A stretch of DNA of 64,000 nucleotides, taken from an uncultured bacterium (GTDB taxonomy: Bacteria > Margulisbacteria > WOR-1 > CAVSGV01). The translations under genes and the position numbers were made by a program. Positions within the stretch are counted from its first letter, which is position 1; each line of letters begins with the position of its first letter. Shown in pieces: positions 17,779-29,254 of the stretch. The notes under the pieces were generated by a model. The model ran no database searches, had not been told where the DNA came from, and was given only the letters and a program-made list of their open reading frames with translations. Location of the stretch: the NCBI GenBank assembly GCA_963768305.1, contig CAVYHE010000008.1, positions 194,001 to 258,000 of the forward strand, written 5' to 3'.

Positions 17779-20170
17779 ATGAGCGAATATAAATTTATCC
17801 GCTGGTTCGAAGAATTAGGTTCAAAGGACGTACCCGTTGTGGGAGGAAAGAACGCGAACCTCGGGGAAATGATAACGACGCTTAAGGATAAAGGAATACC
17901 GGTTCCCGACGGATTTGCCACCACTTCCGACGCCTACTGGAAATTCCTGGAATTCAACAAGATCGGCGACAAGATGAAGCCTCTCATAGGACAATACAAG
18001 AAAAACCCGAAGATGCTGGAAAAGACCGGAAAGGCCGTCCGAAATCTGTTCCTGGATTCAAAATTCCCGCCTGAAGTCAGTGAAGAAATATCGAAAGCCT
18101 ATCGGGAACTCTGCGGACGCTACAAATCGAAGGTCATTGATGTTGCAGTGCGAAGCAGCGCGACGGCCGAAGACCTTCCGGAAGCGAGTTTCGCGGGGCA
18201 GCAGGAAACCTTCCTGAACATTTCCGGAGAAAAAGAGCTGATCGACGCCTGCGTAAAATGCTACGCCTCTTTATTCACCGACAGGGCCATATCTTACCGC
18301 GAAGAAAAGAATTTTGACCATCTCAAGGTCGCGTTGTCTATCGGCGTGCAAAAGATGGTCCGTTCGGACCTTGCGGGATCGGGCGTCATGTTCTCGCTGG
18401 ACACGGACACCGGATTCAGGAAAGTCGTTATCATAAACGCATCGTGGGGGCTCGGGGAAAATATCGTGCAGGGGACCGTCAACCCGGACGAATACATAGT
18501 CTTTAAGCCGCTCCTTGATAAAAAAGAATTCAAGCCTGTAATTGAAAAGAACCTGGGAGAAAAAGAACAAAAGATGGTCTATGTGAAGAGCGGCGGCAAA
18601 AAAACGCTTAACATAAAGACCACGGAAAAGGAAAGGCTTTCCTACGTCCTCAATGAAGATGAAATTCTTCAACTGGCAAGATGGGCGGTGATCATCGAGG
18701 ACCATTACGGCCATCCGATGGACATGGAATGGGCAAAGGACGGCAAGACCGGCGATATTTTCATGGTCCAGGCAAGGGCCGAAACAGTTGAATCCAGGAA
18801 AGAAGCGTCCATATTCAAGGAATACCGCCTTCTGGGAACGGGAAAGAAACTGCTAGAGGGAATGGCGGTAGGCGAAGCCATCGTTGCCGGAAAAGCGCAG
18901 GTCCTTATGGACCCGAAGCAGATCGACAAGTTCGAGGACGGCTCCATACTTGTGACAACGATGACCGATCCAGACTGGGTCCCGATAATGAAAAAAGCTT
19001 CCGGGATTATCACTGACCACGGCGGAAGGACCTCGCACGCGGCCATCGTAAGCAGGGAGCTCGGAATACCTGCCATAGTCGGAACGGGGAACGCCACAAA
19101 GATCCTGAAGCACGGTCAGGAGATCACTCTTTCATGCGAGGGCGAAAAAGGATTCGTCTATGACGGATATGTCAAATATGAAGCCATCGACCTGGACCTG
19201 AAGGGCCTGCCGGAGACAAAAACGCAGATAATGATGAACATAGGCGATCCCGCTGCGGGCTTCAGGTGGTGGAAGCTACCAGCCAAGGGCATAGGACTTG
19301 CGAGGATGGAATTCATAATCACCAACCACATAAAGATACATCCGATGGCGCTCGTAAAATTCCGCCAGCTGAAGGATCTTAAAGCCAAGAAGCTCATACT
19401 CGAGCTCACCCGCGGGTTCAAGGACAAATCGGAATATTTCGTTGACCACCTCGCCAGGGGCATGGCGATGATAGGAGCTTCGCAATACCCCTACCCCGTT
19501 ATAGTAAGGATGAGCGACTTCAAGACCAATGAATATGCCGGCCTCATCGGCGGAGCGCAATTCGAAGCCCATGAAGAGAACCCGATGATAGGTTTCCGGG
19601 GAGCTTCCCGATATTATGACGATAAATACAGGGAAGGATTCGCTCTTGAATGCAGGGCGATCAAGAGAGTGCGCGAGCAGATGGGCATAACTAATGTGAT
19701 AGTGATGATCCCTTTTTGCAGGACCGTGGAAGAAGCCGACAAATGCCTTGCAGGAAATGGAGAAGAACGGATTAAAACGCGGCGAGAACGGCCTGCAAGT
19801 TTACGTGATGGCGGAGATACCTTCAAATATAATTCTGGCCGACCAGTTCTCGCAGAGGTTCGACGGTTTTTCCATCGGCTCGAACGACCTGACACAGCTT
19901 ACCCTGGGCATTGACAGGGATTCCGCGCAGCTGGCGAAGCTGTTCGATGAAAGGAACGAAGCGATAAAAAGATCGATAAGCAGTTTGATAAAAACAGCTC
20001 ATGAAAATAAAGTTAAGGTCGGGATCTGCGGGCAGGCTCCGAGCGATTATCCCGATTTCGCCGCGTTCCTGGTGGAAAAAGGCATCGATTCCATATCGCT
20101 TAATCCCGACAGCGTGATCGAGATCATCAAGACAGTGGCGGAAGCCGAAAAGAGGATCGGCCGGAACTGA
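17779..20170 (+). CDS. ppsA: phosphoenolpyruvate synthase (pyruvate, water dikinase) (frameshifted)
   Basis: Full-length PpsA homology, including the GGRTSHAAIVSRELGIPAIVG phosphohistidine region. The C-terminal PEP-utilising domain (ENGLKRGENGLQVYVMAEIPSN...) is in another frame. One extra base near 19748 (AAATGCC) splits the gene into tracked ORFs 17779-19914 and 19748-20170. Confidence 0.9.
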
Positions 20171-20178
20171 ATCCCCCG

Positions 20179-20207
20179 TTCAAAATTCCCTCAAACTGGT
20201 ATATAAT
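20179..20207 (+). promoter_or_regulatory. sigma-70-type promoter of ppdK (TTCAAA-N17-TATAAT with TGG extension)
   Basis: Sequence match located 40 nt upstream of the ppdK start. Confidence 0.5.
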
Positions 20208-20247
20208 GTACGGGTTTCTTGTAAAAATTTAGAAAGGCGGAAATAAA

Positions 20248-22954
20248 ATGGCAAAGGCAAGAAAAGGCTCAGGCTCATCAAAGGGAGGAAAAAAATACGT
20301 TTATTACTTCGGCGACGGAAAGGCCGAAGGCAACGGGCAGATGAAGGACCTTCTAGGGGGGAAAGGCGCGGGTCTCGCCGAAATGACGAACACCGGCGTG
20401 CCGGTGCCGTCTGGTTTCACCATCACGACAGAGGTCTGCAACATATTCTATAAGGTGGGGAGCAAGGTCCCTGCGGAAGTCACAAAACAGCAGGCAAAAT
20501 ACGTCGAGACCCTTGAGGGTTCCATGGGGGCCAAGCTCGGCGACCTGCGAAATCCCCTTCTGGTTTCGGTAAGATCGGGTTCGAAATTCTCAATGCCGGG
20601 CATGATGGACACCATCCTTAACCTTGGACTTAATGACGAGACTGTCCACGGCCTGATAACGAAAACAAAGAACGAAAGGTTCGCTTATGATTGCTACAGG
20701 CGCTTCATCCAGATGTTCGGCAATGTCGTCCTGGAGATGGAAAAGAACGAATTCGAGCACATATTGCAGGGCAAAAAGGAAGAGCTCGGCGTGATACTTG
20801 ACACGGACCTCAAGGCGGATGACCTGAAGGACCTGATATTAAGATACAAAAAGACCGTGAAAGAATCGACTGGAAGCGATTTTCCCCAAGACGCAAGAGT
20901 GCAGCTTGATATGGCGCGCGACGCCGTCTTCAAGTCTTGGATGAACCCCAGGGCAATCACTTACCGGAAGCTGAATGATATTCCGAACAACCTCGGCACC
21001 GCCGTCAACGTCCAGGCCATGGTCTTCGGGAACATGGGCGATGATTCGGCCACCGGCGTGGGATTTACAAGGAACCCCGCGACCGGGGAGAATAAATTCT
21101 ACGGCGAATACCTTACGAACGCCCAGGGCGAGGACGTGGTCGCCGGCATAAGAACGCCTCAGCCGATAACAAAGCTTGAAAAGGAGATGCCGTCGGTTTA
21201 CAAACAGCTTAGGGCGATAACCTCAAAGCTTGAAAAACACTACCGCGATATACAGGATTTCGAATTCACCATACAGAAAGGCAAGTTATACATGCTGCAG
21301 ACCAGGACCGGCAAGAGGACCGCTCCGGCGGCCGTAAGGATAGCCGTTGAGATGGTGGATGAAGGCCTTATAACAAAAGAGGAAGCGATACTCAGGATAG
21401 ATCCGGCGAGCCTCGATCAGCTTCTCCATCCGGTCATCGATCCTAAAGCCAAGGTGAAGGTTATAGCAAAAGGCCTTCCCGCTTCGCCGGGAGCCGCCAC
21501 CGGGATTGTGGTGTTCACCGCCGATGAAGCCGTGAAAAGAGCAGCGGAAAAGACGATACTTGTCCGCAATGAGACCTCTCCCGATGATATCCACGGCATG
21601 GACGCTGCGCAGGGGATCCTGACCGCAAGGGGCGGCATGACATCCCACGCCGCCGTGGTCGCGCGCGGAATGGGGAAATGCTGCGTTGCCGGCTGCGAGG
21701 AAATAAAAGTAGACGAAAAAGGAAAAAAGTTCAGCGTAAAAGATTGCGTTGTCAAAGAAGGCGACTGGATCACGCTTAACGGGACCACGGGCGAGGTCAT
21801 ACTTGGCCGCGTTCCTACGATCGAGCCTTCCCTGTCAGGAGAATTCGGCGAAGCTGATGAAGTGGGCTGATTCATTCAGGAAAATAGGCGTCCGCGCGAA
21901 CGCGGATATCCCTCATGACGCGCATGTAGCGAGAGGTTTCGGGGCGGAGGGAATAGGACTTTGCCGCACGGAACACATGTTCTTCGCCGAAGACAGACTG
22001 CCTCACATGCAGGCAATGATCATGGCAAAGACCGAGCCGGACAGGCGAAAAGCGCTTGCAAAACTTTTGCCGATGCAGCGAAGCGACTTCATGGGCCTGT
22101 TCAAGGAAATGAAGGGATATCCCGTCACGATAAGGCTGCTCGATCCGCCTCTACATGAATTCCTGCCAAAGAGGGAGGATTTGATGGTGGAGATCGCTGT
22201 CCTTAAGGCGACCGGGGGCGACAAAGAAAAGATAGCCCAAAAAGAAAAAATACTGGAAAGAGTGGAAGATCTGCATGAACTGAATCCCATGCTTGGGCAT
22301 CGCGGCTGCCGCCTTGGCATCGCTTATCCGGAAATAACCGAGATGCAGGCTCAGGCCATCATAGAAGCCGCATGCGAGCTTAAAAAAGAAGGGATGAAGA
22401 TCATCCCCGAGATAATGATACCTCTCGTCGGGCACATTAACGAGCTGAAGAACCAGAAAACGATAATAAAGAAGATCGCGGAAGAAACGATAAAGAAATA
22501 CGGAAGCAAGGTGGAATATAAGATCGGCACAATGATAGAGCTTCCCAGGGCGGCTGTCACCGCCGATGAGATCGCCACGGAAGCGGAATTCTTCTCGTTC
22601 GGAACAAATGACCTAACGCAGACCACCTTCGGGTTCAGCAGGGATGATGTCGTCAAGTTCCTTAACAGCTATATTGACAAGGGCATACTGGAAAAAGACC
22701 CGTTCGCGACGCTCGACCAGGGCGGGGTGGGCAAACTTGTGAAGATGGGGGTCGCGGGAGGCAGGTCGGTTAACAAGCACTTGAAGATCGGTATCTGCGG
22801 AGAGCATGGCGGAGATCCGGCATCGGTGGAATTTTGCCACAGGACCGGTCTTAATTATGTAAGCTGCTCTCCATATCGAGTTCCGATCGCGCGCCTTGCG
22901 GCAGCGCACGCGGCAATAAAAGAAAAGTCAAAGGTCCATTATACGACAAAGTAG
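20248..22954 (+). CDS. ppdK: pyruvate, phosphate dikinase (frameshifted)
   Basis: PPDK N-terminal ATP-grasp region, phosphohistidine region ([15 protein letters not shown]) and C-terminal PEP/pyruvate domain. An extra G near 21848 (GAATTCGGCGAAG versus expected GAATTCGCGAAG giving [15 protein letters not shown]) splits the gene into 20248-21870 and 21749-22954. Confidence 0.9.
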
Positions 22955-22966
22955 ATATTTGAACTT

Positions 22967-23012
22967 GCTGCCCGCCCAGGCATTAATGCCTAAGGCGGGC
23001 AGACCAAGTTTT
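22967..23012 (+). terminator. rho-independent terminator after ppdK
   Basis: A 9-bp GC-rich stem CTGCCCGCC...GGCGGGCAG with a nested inner hairpin, followed by a T-run. Confidence 0.6.
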
Positions 23013-23104
23013 CCCTTCGGCAGTTTTCTTGATAAAGATGCAAATTTGATTGACATGTTTTTCGCGTCATATCAACAATTTCTATTACAAGCAACAAGAA
23101 CCAC

Positions 23105-23133
23105 TTGACAAGATCAGGGAACATCTGTAAAAT
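23105..23133 (+). promoter_or_regulatory. sigma-70-type promoter of dgt-dnaG-rpoD operon (TTGACA-N17-TAAAAT)
   Basis: Perfect -35 hexamer, 17-nt spacer and a -10 with 5/6 match, 43 nt upstream of the dgt start. Confidence 0.6.
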
Positions 23134-23175
23134 ATCTGGTTCGCGACATCATTTTATCCGCTGCCAGGGGGCTTA

Positions 23176-24207
23176 ATGCAGATCCGCAAAGAGATCGAAG
23201 AACGAGAAGATATTTTCCTTTCACCATACGCGGTCAGATCAAAGAACTCCAAAGGCCGGGACAAAAAAGAAAAAGAAGACAGCATAAGAACGTGCTTTCA
23301 AAGGGACAGGGACAGGATACTTCATTCCAAAGCTTTCAGAAGATTAAAACACAAGACCCAGGTTTTCATTTCACCCGTAGAGGACCATTACAGGACAAGG
23401 ATGACCCATACGCTGGAAGTATCCCAGATAGCAAGGACAATCGCGCGCGCGCTTTGCTTGAACGAGGACCTGACGGAAGCGATAGCGCTTGGACATGACC
23501 TTGGGCACACTCCTTTCGGCCACGCCGGGGAAGATGTGCTTAATGATATTCTGAAAACGCTCGATGTCGCGCCAAAAAGGTATTTTATGCATAACGAGCA
23601 GAGCGTCAGGGTGGTGGAAGTGCTTGAAAATCACGGCAAGGGCTTGAACCTTACCTGGGAAGTACGCGACGGGATAATGCATCATCCGCAGAAAGACAAG
23701 CAGCTTCCTGCAACACTCGAGGGACAGATAGTTCGCTATGCCGACCATATCGCATATATCAGGCATGATATCGAGGACAGCATCCTGGCGGGCGTCATAA
23801 AAAAGAAAGATCTGCCGAAAAAACACACGAAAGTGCTCGGGGAAAACATTTTGGATACCATCATCCCGAATATCATCGAAAAAAGCAGAGGCAAGAACAG
23901 GATACAGATGGACAAGCATATTGAAGATGCGATGAACGGATTATATGATTTTCTTTATGAGAAGGTTTACATCAGCCCCACGGCAAAAGGAGAGGAAAAA
24001 AAGATCCCGGCCATGATAACCCAGCTGTTCAAGTATTATCACGAAAACCCGGAAAAGCTTCCCTATTACAAGAAAAAATGGACAGAGAAAGAGATAGTAC
24101 AGAACATAGTTGATTTTATCGCAGGGATGACCGACAGGTACGCCACGAACAAATTCACGGAGATCTTCGTGCCCAATGAATGGCGCGCTAATACGGACAT
24201 AAAATGA
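23176..24207 (+). CDS. dgt: dGTPase-like HD-domain deoxynucleoside triphosphate triphosphohydrolase
   Basis: RTRMTHTLEVSQIAR...GHDLGHTPFGHAGE HD motif. The stop overlaps the dnaG start. Confidence 0.85.
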   Translation: MQIRKEIEEREDIFLSPYAVRSKNSKGRDKKEKEDSIRTCFQRDRDRILHSKAFRRLKHKTQVFISPVEDHYRTRMTHTLEVSQIARTIARALCLNEDLTEAIALGHDLGHTPFGHAGEDVLNDILKTLDVAPKRYFMHNEQSVRVVEVLENHGKGLNLTWEVRDGIMHHPQKDKQLPATLEGQIVRYADHIAYIRHDIEDSILAGVIKKKDLPKKHTKVLGENILDTIIPNIIEKSRGKNRIQMDKHIEDAMNGLYDFLYEKVYISPTAKGEEKKIPAMITQLFKYYHENPEKLPYYKKKWTEKEIVQNIVDFIAGMTDRYATNKFTEIFVPNEWRANTDIK

Positions 24208-25985
24208 TACCCAGCTCCACGATCGATGAAATAAGGAATAAAACCGATATCCTTCAGATTGTCGGCGAGTACGTACCGCTTAAAAAAAGAGGCAAGAACT
24301 ATCTTGGGCTGTGCCCTTTTCATTCCGAAAAAACGCCTTCATTCACGGTAAGCCCCGATAAGCAGATATTCCATTGTTTCGGGTGCAACGAGGGAGGGAA
24401 TGTCTTTTCATTCCTGATGAAGATGGAGAACATAAGCTTTGCGGAAGCCGTGGAACTTCTCGGAAGCAAGATCGGGATAACGGTCCAAAAGACCTCAACG
24501 CCTTCAATGACAAAGAATGACAAGGACAAGCTGATAGAAATAATGGAGCTCGCGCAAAGGTTCTACCGGGAGAATCTGGACAGCGAGGAAGGCGCCGTCG
24601 CCCGCGATTACCTGGAAAAAAGAGGGATCTCTGATGGATCCGCCAAAGCTTTCAAGCTCGGTTATTCTTCCAACAAATGGGACAGTCTACTGAACTATCT
24701 TTATAAAAGAGGCGTGGACCGGAAAGATATGGAAAAACTGGGACTGATAATTGAAAGGGCGGACAAGAGCGGGCATTACGACAGGTTCAGGGGCAGGCTC
24801 ATGTTCCCGATATCCGATCTTAAGGGGCGTGTGATCGGATTCGGCGGCAGGGTGATCCCTTCCGGTACTCCTTCCGAGGAGGAAGCGAAATACATAAATT
24901 CGCCGGACTCTCCCATTTACAATAAAGGTTATTCGCTTTACGGAATCGATGTCACAAAAGAAGAGATCAGGAGATCGAGGACCGCGATCCTGGTGGAAGG
25001 CAATGTCGATCTTGTTTCCTGCTGGCAGTACGGGATAAAGAACGTTGTCTGTCCTCTGGGCACAGGTTTCACGCCGAATCAGGCAAAGATAATGCGCAGG
25101 TTCGCCGATAATGTGATAATCGCTTTTGACCGCGACAACGCCGGCAATGCCGCCACCGCCAGGAGCGTGGATATTTTGAAAGACGAAGGCTTGAACGTGA
25201 AAGTTGCCAGATACGAGGGCGGCAAAGATCCCGATGAGGCACTTAAGGCAAAGGGCGCCGAAGCTTTCCAAAAGTCGCTGAATGAAGCGGTCTCATGGAT
25301 GGAATTCATGGTAATGAATGCTATATCAAAATACAACATAAAAGAGATCGAAGGGCGCGCAAAAGCGGCGAAAGAAGCCGCCCTGATAATAGCGCAAGAA
25401 AAGGACGACTTGATACGAGGAGAATACATCAAGCTTGCCGCGAAAAAGCTGGGATTCGGCACAGAAGATATCGAGTCTGAGGTCAAACGGCTCGGGTTCT
25501 ATACTGAAAAAGGCGGCACGATATCCCTTAGAAGAAGCGTGGAAAAGCCGTCATCCAAGACGGAAATAGCGGAAGAATGTCTTATCAAACTTTCGGTAAG
25601 CAATAAGGAGATCATGGACCTGTTTAAAAAGTCATTAACCTGGCAGGAATTCACCGGGAAAAACACGAGAACGATCGCGGAGTTCCTTCAGGCAGCTGAA
25701 ATTGATGCGGGGGATCCGTCACATTTCATCCTTGAAAATCTTCCGGACGAAGATTCAAAAAAATTATTTTCAAGGATAATGGTTAGCGATATTCCCGCGG
25801 ACAATGTGCAAAAAACAGCGCGGGACTGCATTAACACGATAAAGATATTCCACCTGAAATCAAGGATGGATGGCATAAGGAAAGAGATGGCGGTCGCTGA
25901 AAAAGAGGGCAAATTGCAGGATGTTTCCAGCCTGCACAGGGAATTCGCGAATTTGAACGAAAATTACAGGTCTCTGCAAAATTAA
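24204..25985 (+). CDS. dnaG: DNA primase
   Basis: Zinc-ribbon region CPFHSEKTPSF...FHCFGCNEGGNVFSF and a TOPRIM region (EGNVDLVS...DRDNAG). Confidence 0.9.
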   Translation: MIPSSTIDEIRNKTDILQIVGEYVPLKKRGKNYLGLCPFHSEKTPSFTVSPDKQIFHCFGCNEGGNVFSFLMKMENISFAEAVELLGSKIGITVQKTSTPSMTKNDKDKLIEIMELAQRFYRENLDSEEGAVARDYLEKRGISDGSAKAFKLGYSSNKWDSLLNYLYKRGVDRKDMEKLGLIIERADKSGHYDRFRGRLMFPISDLKGRVIGFGGRVIPSGTPSEEEAKYINSPDSPIYNKGYSLYGIDVTKEEIRRSRTAILVEGNVDLVSCWQYGIKNVVCPLGTGFTPNQAKIMRRFADNVIIAFDRDNAGNAATARSVDILKDEGLNVKVARYEGGKDPDEALKAKGAEAFQKSLNEAVSWMEFMVMNAISKYNIKEIEGRAKAAKEAALIIAQEKDDLIRGEYIKLAAKKLGFGTEDIESEVKRLGFYTEKGGTISLRRSVEKPSSKTEIAEECLIKLSVSNKEIMDLFKKSLTWQEFTGKNTRTIAEFLQAAEIDAGDPSHFILENLPDEDSKKLFSRIMVSDIPADNVQKTARDCINTIKIFHLKSRMDGIRKEMAVAEKEGKLQDVSSLHREFANLNENYRSLQN

Positions 25986-25986
25986 G

Positions 25987-26014
25987 TGAAATTTCGAGCG
26001 ATTTATCACGATAA
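25987..26014 (+). promoter_or_regulatory. SigD/FliA-type promoter (TGAAA-N17-CGATAAT) immediately upstream of rpoD
   Basis: GTGAAATTTCGAGCGATTTATCACGATAATA. Same motif and spacing as the nine other instances in this window. Confidence 0.5.
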
Positions 26015-26036
26015 TACATAAGTAAAGGAGATAAAA

Positions 26037-27091
26037 ATGAAAGAAGGAACGAATTTAAAGACGTTGAAGAATGCCGGCGAGAAGAAGGGATATCTTACTC
26101 CGGAAGAGATAATGTCCATTTATCCGGAGCCGGAGAAGAACATTGCCGAGATAGAGGAGCTTCTGACGCACGGCATAGAAATATCCGAGAACAAAGATAA
26201 GAAGATAGCGCCTTCTCCGGAAGAAACGAATCTTGACGTCACCGAAACAGAAGTAAAGAGCGCCGGCATAGACGATACCGTCAGGATGTACCTGAGGGAG
26301 ATAGGGAAATACAAGCTTCTTTCCCCCACGGACGAGATAGACTGCGCAAGGAAAGTTCGCGCTGGAAGCCTGAAGGACAAGCACAGGCTTACGAATTCGA
26401 ACCTGAGGCTGGTCGTTTCAATCGCGAAAAAATATACGGGCCGCGGGATGCTTTTCCTTGACCTGATACAGGAAGGCAACCTGGGATTGATAAGGGCTGT
26501 GGAAAAATTCGACCACAGGAAAGGGTATAAATTCAGTACTTACGCCACGTGGTGGGTAAGACAAGCAATAACGCGTTCTATAGCCGACCAGGCGCGAACC
26601 ATCAGGATCCCCGTTCACATGGTGGAAACCATGAACCGCCTGAGGAAGGTTTCGCGAACGCTCCTGCAGCAGCTGGGAAGGCGTCCCACCGAGGAAGAAA
26701 TAGCGAAAAGGTCCAGGATGTCGGTGGACAAAGTACGGGAGATAATAAAGATCTCGCAGATACCGCTTTCGCTTGAAATGCCTGTCGGTGACGAGGATTC
26801 TTCGCGCCTTGGCGATTTTGTGAAAGACACCGCCGTTCAGGCGCCGGATGAAGTGGTCCTTCATGGGCTATTAAGGGAAGACCTTGAGGAAGTAATGTCA
26901 TCGCTTTCTGACAGGGAAAAGACCGTGCTTAAGCTAAGGTTTGGCCTTGATGACGGCCAGCCGAGGACCTTGAAGAAGTTGGAAAAGTTTTCAATGTCAC
27001 CCGCGAGAGGATACGTCAGATAGAAGCGAAAGCCTTGAGGAAATTAAGGCATCCTACCCGCAGCAAAAAACTTAAGGAATATCTTAGATAA
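26037..27091 (+). CDS. rpoD: RNA polymerase sigma-70 factor (primary sigma, frameshifted near C-terminus)
   Basis: Region 2 ([27 protein letters not shown]...[17 protein letters not shown]) and region 3 are present. Region 4.2 ([28 protein letters not shown]) lies in the -1 frame. One missing G near 26975 breaks the gene. The tracked ORF ends early at 27023. Confidence 0.9.
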
Positions 27092-27097
27092 AGAGTT

Positions 27098-27940
27098 CTA
27101 TTTTCTCTTGATGAGCATTACCTGATACGTAAGGTATTTCCTGAAAACATCCTTCTTTAGCGGAACCAGATTATTCACGATGATCTGCCTTATCGGTTTG
27201 CCTTTTACCCTGAACTTGAGGAACAGGTTAATTAGCCAGTAAACCGGCGGAAGATGCACCTGCATGGTCGTCAAAATACAGCTAAGTACCGGCCTGATAT
27301 AATTAAGATAAACATTGCTGCCGTATTCAAGTGTCGGAAGGATGCCCTCGGTTATATCCTGTTTGCTTATGATCTTGAAGCCGGCCTTGTCAATTTCCTT
27401 GAGATAATCTTTCAGGCTGCCCGAAGGTAAATTTGGCACACCTTTCGCGGTTTCTTTCTTGAAATAATCAGATATCAGGAGGCGGCCAGCTGGCCGCAGA
27501 AGCGACGAGATCTTTTTCAGCCCTTCAGCGAACGGGATGTATTGCACGGATTCGCTCATTAATATGAGATCAAACCTCTGGTCGGTGTCGAATTTTTCCA
27601 GCGTGGTCAGCTTGAATCCGGCCTTGCCTTTCGTATTCTTCCGGAAAAGCTGGCCCTGATAAGGGTCCGGGCATATGCCTGTTACTTGGTAGCCGAGGCT
27701 TGATAATTTCGCCGCATTCCCCCCTACTCCGCAGCCAACGTCAAGTATGGTATTTACGCCTCTTGGTATCGTCTTTATCAGATTTTTAAGATATCTTTCC
27801 TGAGCGGCCTGGAAATTTTCAAGCGTCAGCTTATCGCCCTTTTTCCACAGGCCGAAATGGAGATAATTTGTTTTTGAAAGATCAAGATAAAGCTTGAGTA
27901 CCGGCTGAATTCTGACCTTTGTTTTTTCGATCTCCTGCAT
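27098..27940 (-). CDS. class I SAM-dependent methyltransferase
   Basis: Motif I ILDVGCGVGGNA with a Rossmann-fold methyltransferase core. Confidence 0.75.
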   Translation of the reverse strand: MQEIEKTKVRIQPVLKLYLDLSKTNYLHFGLWKKGDKLTLENFQAAQERYLKNLIKTIPRGVNTILDVGCGVGGNAAKLSSLGYQVTGICPDPYQGQLFRKNTKGKAGFKLTTLEKFDTDQRFDLILMSESVQYIPFAEGLKKISSLLRPAGRLLISDYFKKETAKGVPNLPSGSLKDYLKEIDKAGFKIISKQDITEGILPTLEYGSNVYLNYIRPVLSCILTTMQVHLPPVYWLINLFLKFRVKGKPIRQIIVNNLVPLKKDVFRKYLTYQVMLIKRK

Positions 27941-28038
27941 TATCGGGTAATTTTATCAAATTTGGCATGCATTCGCAATGAACCTGCCGCCGATACCTTG
28001 AAATATCTTGATTTTCTGATAAACTGATATTTAGAAAT

Positions 28039-28110
28039 GGCCCCATCGTCTAACGGTTAGGACATCAGCTTTTCAAGCTGACGATCGGGGTTCGATTCCC
28101 CGTGGGGCTA
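28039..28110 (+). tRNA. tRNA-Glu (anticodon TTC)
   Basis: Cloverleaf with anticodon loop TTTTCAA and T-loop TTCGATT. G1:U72 wobble at the acceptor end. Confidence 0.8.
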
Positions 28111-28209
28111 TTTAATTTAGGGGAGCTTCTTGGAATGAGGCTGAGAACTTCGATTTAATCGGAGGACCCGACAACTTGATCAGGATAATGCCTGCGAAAG
28201 GAGACAAAA

Positions 28210-29178
28210 GTGAAAAAAGAAAACCTGCCCGAACTTGGAAAGATACCTCCCGAATTTTTCGACCGCGTCATTTATCCACGGTTAGGCGCAAAAAATAAGA
28301 ACATCATGATCGGTCCGAGACATGGGGTCGATTACGGAGTATTAAAGGTCGGCTCAAAGTACATGGCGATGTCCACCGATCCATTCTTCATAGTCCCGCA
28401 ATTAGGCTTTATGAAAGCCGCGTGGTTCGCTTTTCATATTATATGCAGCGATGTCGCCGTATCGGGGCTGAAACCTGAATATCTGGCGATCGATCTTAAT
28501 CTGCCGCCCGAAATGACAGAAGCTCAGCTGGAAGAGATGTGGGAGACCGTGCACGAAGAATCAAAAAAGTACGACATTAGCATAATCACCGGTCATACCG
28601 CGCGATATACCGGATGTAATTATCCGATGGTCGGAGGAGCGACGGCGATAGCTATCGGCACAAAGAAAGAATTGCGCGGCCCTTTCAGGGTAAGGACCGG
28701 CGACCGGATAGTCATTACAAAAGGGCCGGCAATAGAAACGACCGGACTTTTAGCCGTCTTATTTCCCGACAGGTTCATCAGGGCAGGCGGAAAAGCTTTT
28801 CAGAAAGAAGCCGCTGGCGTTTTTGATCAGATGTCAGTGATGGATGATTGCGCGATAGCACGTGGATTGGAAGGGGTTCGAGTGATGCACGACGCGACCG
28901 AATGCGGCATATGGGGCGGGCTTTATGAAATGGCAAGAGCCGGAAATTACGGTCTGATGATAGAAGAAGAGCTGATCCCTATTCAGCCGGTGATCAAGAA
29001 AACAGCTGAACTGTTCGATTTTGACCCGTTCTGCGCAATAAGCGAGGGGACTTTACTGGCTATAGTTGATAAAAAAGAAACGGACAAGTTAATCTCAGCG
29101 TTCAGGAAAAATAGAATCTTAAGCGCGGTCGTCGGCGAAGTTGTCGAAAGTAAAAAAGGGATAAAGATCAAGAACTGA
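28210..29178 (+). CDS. AIR-synthase-related (PurM-like superfamily) protein of unknown role (HypE/ThiL-like)
   Basis: 322 aa with a PurM-like N-domain (GVDYGVLKVG...AMSTDPF) and C-domain. GTG start. Confidence 0.6.
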   Translation: MKKENLPELGKIPPEFFDRVIYPRLGAKNKNIMIGPRHGVDYGVLKVGSKYMAMSTDPFFIVPQLGFMKAAWFAFHIICSDVAVSGLKPEYLAIDLNLPPEMTEAQLEEMWETVHEESKKYDISIITGHTARYTGCNYPMVGGATAIAIGTKKELRGPFRVRTGDRIVITKGPAIETTGLLAVLFPDRFIRAGGKAFQKEAAGVFDQMSVMDDCAIARGLEGVRVMHDATECGIWGGLYEMARAGNYGLMIEEELIPIQPVIKKTAELFDFDPFCAISEGTLLAIVDKKETDKLISAFRKNRILSAVVGEVVESKKGIKIKN

Positions 29179-29254
29179 CAATGGAGAAAGAACGCTGGAA
29201 CATCCTAAAACGGACCCTTACTGGAAATTGGCGGCGGAATTCTCGAAGTAATAT

